Of a DNA stretch of 64,000 nucleotides, positions 57,819 to 64,000 are shown piece by piece. The translations under genes and the position numbers were made by a program. Under the pieces are notes generated by a model that was not told the origin of the DNA, did no database searches, and was given only the letters and a program-made list of their open reading frames with translations. Each line of letters begins with the position of its first letter. The first letter of the stretch is position 1. The stretch is from Acidimicrobiia bacterium (lineage in GTDB: Bacteria > Actinomycetota > Acidimicrobiia > Spongiisociales > Spongiisociaceae), in assembly GCA_041576165.1 (NCBI GenBank), contig JBFGLM010000012.1, positions 35,766 to 99,765 of the forward strand, read 5' to 3'.

Positions 57819-58248
57819 GGAAGCACAGGTACAGCAGCGAGTACGGGTGAGCGAGGACCCGATCGACCCGGCAGCACTGACCGCACGGGTGGCTCATGAC
57901 TCCTCGGGCGCTACCGCAATGTTCCTCGGAACCGTGCGAGATCACTCGCCGGGCAAGACAGGCGTCACCCGCCTCGAATACGAGGCATACCCCGAAGAGG
58001 TGGTGGGAAAGATCGCCGAGATCGTGGCCGAGGCCGAATCGCAGTGGGCGGTTATCGATGTTGCGGTGGAGCACCGGGTAGGCGACCTGGCGGTGGGGGA
58101 CATCTCGGTGGCGGTGGCGGTGTCGTCGGTGCACCGGGCCGACGCGTTCGATGCGGCGCGGTTCATCATCGATGAACTCAAGGAACGGGCGCCGATCTGG
58201 AAGAAGGAGCACTGGTCCGGCGGCGCCGAGTGGGTGCGGGGCTCCTAA
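57814..58248 (+). CDS. moaE: Molybdopterin synthase catalytic subunit
   Basis: FLGTVRDH, LEYEAY, HRVGDL, HRADAF, LKERAPIWKKE. Confidence 0.95.
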   Translation: MEEAQVQQRVRVSEDPIDPAALTARVAHDSSGATAMFLGTVRDHSPGKTGVTRLEYEAYPEEVVGKIAEIVAEAESQWAVIDVAVEHRVGDLAVGDISVAVAVSSVHRADAFDAARFIIDELKERAPIWKKEHWSGGAEWVRGS

Positions 58249-58349
58249 CCGGCACTGGTGAGCATGTCCCGTTTTGCGCCCATTCCCGGGCATGGCAGAT
58301 TTTCGCGTCCTAACCTGCTTCAACCAGGCCAGCCACGAGGAGGAAGGCA

Positions 58350-60221
58350 ATGACGACGACTGCCGAGCGTCACGATCTCCCCGACGTCTCCACCGGCTAT
58401 CCCACCGTCTCCAGCCGGGCGTATCAGTGGTCTCTGAAGCTTCCCGATCAGGTTGCGATGCGCGAGAAGGACTTCGGAATCTGGCAGGAGTACACATGGG
58501 CCGAGACCTGGGAGCTGATTCACACCGCCGCCCACGGCCTCCTGGCCCTCGGCGTCGACGTAGGTGATCGTGTGTCGATCCACTCCGAGGATCGACCGGA
58601 GTGGGTCATCCTGGACCTTGCAACAGTGGCGATCCGCAGTATCAGCGTGGGCCTCTATCCGACCAACCCAACGGCCGAGGTCGCTTACCTGCTCGGCGAT
58701 TCGGGGTCGTCCGTGCATTTTGCCGAGGATCAGGAGCAGGTCGACAAGGTTCTGGAGATCGATCGGGCGGACCTGCCGAACCTGCGCCACATGGTGTATG
58801 TGGAGCCTCGCGGCGTCCGCACCTACACCGATGATCGCCTCATCTTCTGGGATGACTTGCTCGATCTGGGCCGCTCCCACATCGCCGAGTCCCCTCACGC
58901 CGTCTACCAGCGAATGGCCGATGCTCAACCAGACGACATCATGACGCTGGTGTATACCTCGGGAACGACTGGGCCCCCCAAAGGGGCGATGCTGTCCAAC
59001 GCCAACGCCGATTACGCCATCGAGAAGATCGTCAACTCACCGGGCCGTGCGCCGGATGGACGACCGCCCGGGCCGGATGATTTCATTCTCACGTACCTCC
59101 CTTTGTGCCACGTAGCTGAGCGCATCTTCTCCACGTGGACGTCGGTCGGGACCGGCGCAGTTCTCAACTTCGCCGAGTCGATCGAGACGGTGCAGGAGAA
59201 CCTGCGGGAAATCCAACCGACGCTCTTCTTTGCCGTCCCCCGGATCTGGGAGAAGATGGCGGCAGTCGTCGAGATCAAATCGCGGGACGCCACCCGGCTC
59301 AAGCGTGCGATCTTCGGCACCGTGATGAAGCTGGCGCGCAGCATCGGTCGCGACAAGATCGCCAACGGCGGCCGGCACACCGCCCGGTCTCGAATCCTCT
59401 ACACGCTCGGGTACCCGCTCGTGTTTCGGGCGCTCAAGGAGCGGCTCGGGATGCGGCGGGTCCGCTGGTCGGCCACGGGGGCCGCTCCCATCGCACCAGA
59501 AGTGATCGAGTTCTTCACCGGCATCGGAGTGCCCATCTACGAGCTGTACGGGATGACCGAGAACGCAGCGGTGGCCACGTGTAACTTCCACGGTCGGATG
59601 AAGCTGGGCACCGTCGGCGAACCGTACCCGGACATCGGGCTTCGCATCGACGAAGAGACCGGTGAGATCCAGACCAAGCACCCCGGCGTGTTCCAGGGCT
59701 ACTGGAACAAACCCGAGAAGACCGCGGAGACGTTCACCGAAGACGGCTGGCTTCGGACCGGCGACGTGGGCGAATGGGTCGACGGGACCCACGTCAAGAT
59801 CGTGGACCGCATGAAGGACATCATCATCACGTCCGGCGGCAAGAACATCTCGCCGTCGGAGATCGAGAACTCGCTGAAGGCGTCGCCGTACGTCAAAGAG
59901 GCCATGGTGGTCGGTGATCAGCGCAAGTACCTCACGGTCTTGATCGGCATCGAGTTTGACGTCGTTGGCGACTGGGCCACGCGCCAGGGTCTGGCGTACA
60001 CGACGTACCGCGACCTCGGTGAAAAGCCCGAGGTGCTGGAATTGGTCCAGGGGATCATCAACGATACGAACGCAAAATACGCGTCTGTCGAGCAGATCAA
60101 GAAGTTCAAGATGATTCCCAAGGAGCTAGACCACGAGGACGGCGAGCTGACCGCCACCCAGAAGCTGAAACGCAGCGCCATGGAGGACATGTTCCGCGAC
60201 CTCGTGGAGTCGATGTACTGA
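58350..60221 (+). CDS. Long-chain acyl-CoA synthetase (AMP-binding)
   Basis: YTSGTTGPPKG, YLPLCHVAER, YGMTE, LRTGDVG, DRMKD, ELTATQKLKR. Confidence 0.95.
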   Translation: MTTTAERHDLPDVSTGYPTVSSRAYQWSLKLPDQVAMREKDFGIWQEYTWAETWELIHTAAHGLLALGVDVGDRVSIHSEDRPEWVILDLATVAIRSISVGLYPTNPTAEVAYLLGDSGSSVHFAEDQEQVDKVLEIDRADLPNLRHMVYVEPRGVRTYTDDRLIFWDDLLDLGRSHIAESPHAVYQRMADAQPDDIMTLVYTSGTTGPPKGAMLSNANADYAIEKIVNSPGRAPDGRPPGPDDFILTYLPLCHVAERIFSTWTSVGTGAVLNFAESIETVQENLREIQPTLFFAVPRIWEKMAAVVEIKSRDATRLKRAIFGTVMKLARSIGRDKIANGGRHTARSRILYTLGYPLVFRALKERLGMRRVRWSATGAAPIAPEVIEFFTGIGVPIYELYGMTENAAVATCNFHGRMKLGTVGEPYPDIGLRIDEETGEIQTKHPGVFQGYWNKPEKTAETFTEDGWLRTGDVGEWVDGTHVKIVDRMKDIIITSGGKNISPSEIENSLKASPYVKEAMVVGDQRKYLTVLIGIEFDVVGDWATRQGLAYTTYRDLGEKPEVLELVQGIINDTNAKYASVEQIKKFKMIPKELDHEDGELTATQKLKRSAMEDMFRDLVESMY

Positions 60222-61225
60222 TGGAGCTGGTCGGCCTCCTGGCTCAACAGTCCGCTTCCGTCAAATTCATCAACACTCTGGTGTCTGGTGTGGCGCTCGG
60301 CGCCATATATGCCCTGCTGGCGATGGGTTTCGTCATCATCTTCAAGGCGACCCAGGTGTTGAACTTCGCGCACGGCGCGCTGGCGGCACTGGGCGGCTAC
60401 CTCACCGCGTACATGGCAACCATCCTGCAGGTACCCGTCAGGTGGCTACCCGATGGCCTATGGGGTCGCGCGGCGTTGGGCTGGCTGGGTGCGCTGGCGC
60501 TCGCCGTGGCAGCCACTGCGTTCGTCGGCCTATTCCTCGAGCGCCTGTTCGTCGAGCCGATGGTCGGTGAGCCATTGTTTTCGATCGCCATCATCACGCT
60601 CGGTATTGAGATCGTTGTTCGGACCATCACCGAGGACTACATCAACGTCGGTACCAGGTCGGTGGGCGATCCCTGGCAGTTCACCGGCTTCGAGTTCTTT
60701 CTCGGGGACGAGCGTGTATTCATCTTGTACACACAGTTCGTGACCCTGGCGATGGCGCTAGTTGCCAGCGCGTTCCTGGTGCTGTTCTTCCGGTCGAGGA
60801 CCGGCATCGCGATGCGGGCGACTGCGTTCGACCAGGAGGCGGCGATGGCGCAGGGGATACCGGTCAGCCGCATCTTCGCAGTTTCGTGGATCATCGGGGC
60901 CGGGCTTGCCGCGATCGCAGGCGTGTTCGCATCCGTAGCCCCCCGGGCTGGTGGCGTCACCGGCGGCATCGTCGGGACCGCCTTCGTTGCTTTTCGGGCG
61001 TTTCCCGCCATCATCATCGGCGGCCTGGATTCCATTGCCGGGAGCGCCATCGGCGCCCTCATCGTCGGGCTCGCCGAGGTGTTCGCGGGGTCGTATCTGA
61101 GCGGTCCCACCTTCTCGTTCCTCGGATTGGGATTCCAGAGCATCGTGCCGTATTTGCTGATGCTGGCTGTGCTGTTGGTCCGGCCATACGGCCTGTTCGG
61201 AACGGCGGAGATCAGGCGCGTATGA
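60221..61225 (+). CDS. LivH-type ABC permease
   Basis: GAIYALLAMGF..IFKAT.VLNFAHG, GIAMRA, IGGLDS, RPYGLFG. Confidence 0.92.
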   Translation: MELVGLLAQQSASVKFINTLVSGVALGAIYALLAMGFVIIFKATQVLNFAHGALAALGGYLTAYMATILQVPVRWLPDGLWGRAALGWLGALALAVAATAFVGLFLERLFVEPMVGEPLFSIAIITLGIEIVVRTITEDYINVGTRSVGDPWQFTGFEFFLGDERVFILYTQFVTLAMALVASAFLVLFFRSRTGIAMRATAFDQEAAMAQGIPVSRIFAVSWIIGAGLAAIAGVFASVAPRAGGVTGGIVGTAFVAFRAFPAIIIGGLDSIAGSAIGALIVGLAEVFAGSYLSGPTFSFLGLGFQSIVPYLLMLAVLLVRPYGLFGTAEIRRV

Positions 61226-62448
61226 GGGGTCGTCCGAATCTCTTCACGTCGTATGAGGCGGAGCAGTCCCTACTGCCGACCTGGAGCCAGCGGGTGGTCA
61301 CCGGAGTGGCGCTCCTGATCGCCATCCTCATTCCGCTCGGTCTGATGCCCGGGTCGCTCAACTTCATGTACGAAGACCCGAGCTGGCTCAGGCTGCTGGC
61401 GGTGGCGTGCATTTTCGGTGTGGCCACCCTCGGGCTCAACTTGCTCACGGGGGTGGCCGGCCAGGTTTCGCTGGGACACGCCTTCTTCATGGGGCTCGGG
61501 GCGTACACAGCGATCGCCCTGGGCGGACCGAGCACCGAGAACCTCATCGGTCTCGATCTACCTATGTGGGTATGGTTCCCGGCCGCCGGCATTGTCCCGG
61601 CGGCAGTCGGCTGGTTGGTGTCGCCGGCGGCCGTGAGAACCCGGGGCCTCTACCTTGCCTTCGTCACGCTGGGTCTCGTTTTCGTCGGCGACCACATCTT
61701 CCGGAACGCGACCAGCATCACCGGGGGGGCGCAGCTGGGACGCGATTTTCAGCCGCTGGCGTTCGAGGCATGGCGCGAAGCCCCGCCCCTCCTCGACTTC
61801 ACCGTTGACTGGAACATCCTCGGCCGGAGGGTCGACGAGTTCGGCATGGCGTTCTTGTTTCTCCTTGCCCTGCTCGTACTGACGATCATCCTCCACAAGA
61901 ACATCGTCCGGTCCCGGGTCGGCCGGGCGTTTCAGGCGATCCGCGACCGCGACATTGCGGCCGAGGTCATGGGCGTCGCCGAGTTCCGTTACAAGGCGCT
62001 GGCCTTCGCAACCTCCTCGGCGCTGGCCGGCCTTGCCGGAGCCCTGTTTGCGGTCTTCGTCGGTCGGGTGATCCCCGAAACCTGGGACCTGCTGCTGTCG
62101 GTCAACATCATCGCGATGCTGCTGATCGGTGGTGCCGGGACCACCGCCGGACCGGTGCTCGGTGCCTTTTTCGTCACCGTCATTCCCCGGATCGTCGAGG
62201 ACACAACCGAAATCGTGGCGCGCGCGGCTGAGAGAGGCAACGCGCTCGCCGACGTCCTGATCGCGCGTGAGACCGACTTCGGGCTGGTCAGCCTGTCAGC
62301 CAACGGGCCCGGCCTCAGCATCTTCCAGCTCAATCAGGTGCTGTTCGGCTTGCTCATTATCCTGTTCCTGATCTTTGAGCCTCTGGGGCTCTACGGGATC
62401 TGGATTCGCATCCGCAATTATTGGAAGGGTTGGCCGTTCACTTACTGA
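61222..62448 (+). CDS. LivM-type ABC permease
   Basis: GLNLLTG.AGQVSLGHAFF, RGLYLA, GRAFQAIRD, FEPLGL. Confidence 0.92.
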   Translation: MRGRPNLFTSYEAEQSLLPTWSQRVVTGVALLIAILIPLGLMPGSLNFMYEDPSWLRLLAVACIFGVATLGLNLLTGVAGQVSLGHAFFMGLGAYTAIALGGPSTENLIGLDLPMWVWFPAAGIVPAAVGWLVSPAAVRTRGLYLAFVTLGLVFVGDHIFRNATSITGGAQLGRDFQPLAFEAWREAPPLLDFTVDWNILGRRVDEFGMAFLFLLALLVLTIILHKNIVRSRVGRAFQAIRDRDIAAEVMGVAEFRYKALAFATSSALAGLAGALFAVFVGRVIPETWDLLLSVNIIAMLLIGGAGTTAGPVLGAFFVTVIPRIVEDTTEIVARAAERGNALADVLIARETDFGLVSLSANGPGLSIFQLNQVLFGLLIILFLIFEPLGLYGIWIRIRNYWKGWPFTY

Positions 62449-62510
62449 GCGGTCCAGGAGGGTTGGCGGCGCGATGGCGTCGCGAACGTGAGGAAGGAAA
62501 GAGGAGAATC

Positions 62511-63959
62511 ATGCAAAGACTGCAGAGATGGCGATGGCTGTTCCTCAGCCTCGTCTTCGTCCTGGTGGCAGCGGCCTGCAGCCAGGAAACGGAAGGCGGG
62601 GACCAGCCGGAAGACACCACTGCCGAAACAGAGGCACCGGACACCACTGCCGCGGCCGAGGAGACCACGACTACGGCAGCCGCCGAGACGACCACAACAA
62701 CCGCCCCGGAGGCGGCCGAGGAGGTCGCGTTTGACGGCGTGACCGTGACCGAGGACACCATCAACATAGGCATGCTCGCCGACCTGACCGGGATCTTCGC
62801 AGGTCTGGTCAACGACATCGTCGACTCCGAGCTTGCGTTCTTCGAGGAGTACAACGCAGCCGGTGGCGTCGACGGTCGCTGGCAGGTCAACGTGATCGTC
62901 GAGGACACCGCCTACGACGTAGAACAACACGGGCAGAAGTACGAGGAGCTCAAGGACAAGGTCGTGGCTATCACCAACTCGACCGGGTCTCCGCACACGG
63001 CCTCGATCGTCGATGACCTGCAAGCCGATGGCTTGTTCGCGATTCCGCTCAGCTGGTACTCGGGTTGGTCGGACCCGGCTTTCGATGGCGGCAACACGCT
63101 CGAGCAGGGCGTGAGTTATTGCATCGAGGGCATGAACCTCGTCGAATGGCACGCTGACCGCTTCGAGGCAGAGAATGGCAGCCCGCCGACGATCGCCCTG
63201 GTCAGCTTCCCGGGTGAGTACGGCCAGGACTCCATTTTCGGAGCCCGCTTTGCCGCCGACGAACTCGGTCTCGACGTCGTCTACGACGGTGAGGGCGCAG
63301 TGATCCCCGGACAGGACCAGAGCGCCGTGATCAGCGGCATCGTCAGCTCGGGTGCCGACCAGGTGTTCATCACAGTGAACCCGTCCACGCTGGCCGAGAT
63401 CTACGGTGGCGCGCTGGCCCAGGGCTTCCAGGGTGAGTGGTTCGGCGCCGGGCCGTCCTTCTCGTTCCGCCTGCTCGATACGCCCATTGGCCAGGCGCTC
63501 GCGAACGACTACTGGCAGTCCAGCTACTACGCCCCGTTCGGCTCCGATGTCGCCGGCATGGACGCCCTCGAGGCGACGATGAATGCTGCCTTTGCCGACC
63601 GGGTGTATTCCGACGCATACACCCGCGGCTGGATCGAGTTCGAGCTCATGAAGACCGTTCTGGAGCGGGCCGCCGCCAACGGCGACCTGACCCGGCAGGG
63701 CATCATCGATGCTGCCCTCGAGATCGAGGAGTTCGACTTCGGCGGCATGGCCGCCCCACAGACGTACGCCGGCGAGCCGAACGACTATCTGGCTCGTCAG
63801 TCGCTGATAATCAAGGCCGACTACGACACGTTTGTCGAGGCCGGCGGCGTCAACGCGACGATTGCCGATGATCCTCAGTTCTGGTCGATCGAGCAGGACT
63901 GGTTCACCGGCGACATCGCCGCCGCGTACGACTTCCAGGGAGCGTGCTTCACGGGTTGA
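62511..63959 (+). CDS. LIV-type ABC substrate-binding lipoprotein
   Basis: Lipobox AAAC, Thr/Glu linker, INIGMLADLTG, N..GGVDG, DTAY. Confidence 0.9.
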   Translation: MQRLQRWRWLFLSLVFVLVAAACSQETEGGDQPEDTTAETEAPDTTAAAEETTTTAAAETTTTTAPEAAEEVAFDGVTVTEDTINIGMLADLTGIFAGLVNDIVDSELAFFEEYNAAGGVDGRWQVNVIVEDTAYDVEQHGQKYEELKDKVVAITNSTGSPHTASIVDDLQADGLFAIPLSWYSGWSDPAFDGGNTLEQGVSYCIEGMNLVEWHADRFEAENGSPPTIALVSFPGEYGQDSIFGARFAADELGLDVVYDGEGAVIPGQDQSAVISGIVSSGADQVFITVNPSTLAEIYGGALAQGFQGEWFGAGPSFSFRLLDTPIGQALANDYWQSSYYAPFGSDVAGMDALEATMNAAFADRVYSDAYTRGWIEFELMKTVLERAAANGDLTRQGIIDAALEIEEFDFGGMAAPQTYAGEPNDYLARQSLIIKADYDTFVEAGGVNATIADDPQFWSIEQDWFTGDIAAAYDFQGACFTG

Positions 63960-63981
63960 TGACAACTGACAGACGTGCGGG

Positions 63982-64000
63982 TGGGCGGCAATGCCGCCCA
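63982..64000 (+). terminator. Hairpin after the substrate-binding gene (at the window edge)
   Basis: TGGGCGGCA-A-TGCCGCCCA. Confidence 0.5.

Noticed and set aside
62620-62725. ACC-rich short repeats (also near 1790-1850)
   Set aside because: Ordinary Thr/Glu-rich linkers of secreted proteins
62442-63965. Long antisense ORFs (507 aa here; also 3439..4584, 8580..9710, 11083..12111, 17149..18216, 30686..31849, 45504..46655)
   Set aside because: Shadows of well-supported genes, expected in high-GC DNA; no recognisable motifs

Overview
High-GC actinobacterial chromosomal segment. Gene content (Cys-bearing SLH-like repeats, WhiB, SigE/RseA, PspC two-component system) suggests Acidimicrobiia; this is an inference. 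A housekeeping backbone (pcrA end, tal, B12-binding mutase subunit, sucCD, purNH, icd, HU, sdhCAB, whiB, tatA, moaE) is interrupted by several envelope-related blocks. The first is a ~17 kb block between sucD and purN holding a Wzx/Wzy-type polysaccharide locus (probable diacetamido-uronic acid pathway, pseudo-receiver, SLH-anchored beta-helix protein), a catalytically degenerate endonuclease V and an ECF sigma with a broken anti-sigma. The second is a group of surface proteins between icd and HU. The third, and best candidate for an undescribed system, is a duplicated Tad pseudopilin/adhesin cassette followed by two DUF4388-like paralogs sharing a C-terminal SELARRWRxL peptide, with a DnaA-box pair between them. 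The window also holds PspC-type and SigE-RseA-RseB-HtrA envelope-stress modules and an acyl-CoA ligase/LIV-type ABC operon. No rRNA, tRNA, CRISPR array or transposase was recognised. Many starts were moved downstream of the ORF-track starts. All family calls come from motif recognition by eye, not database searches.
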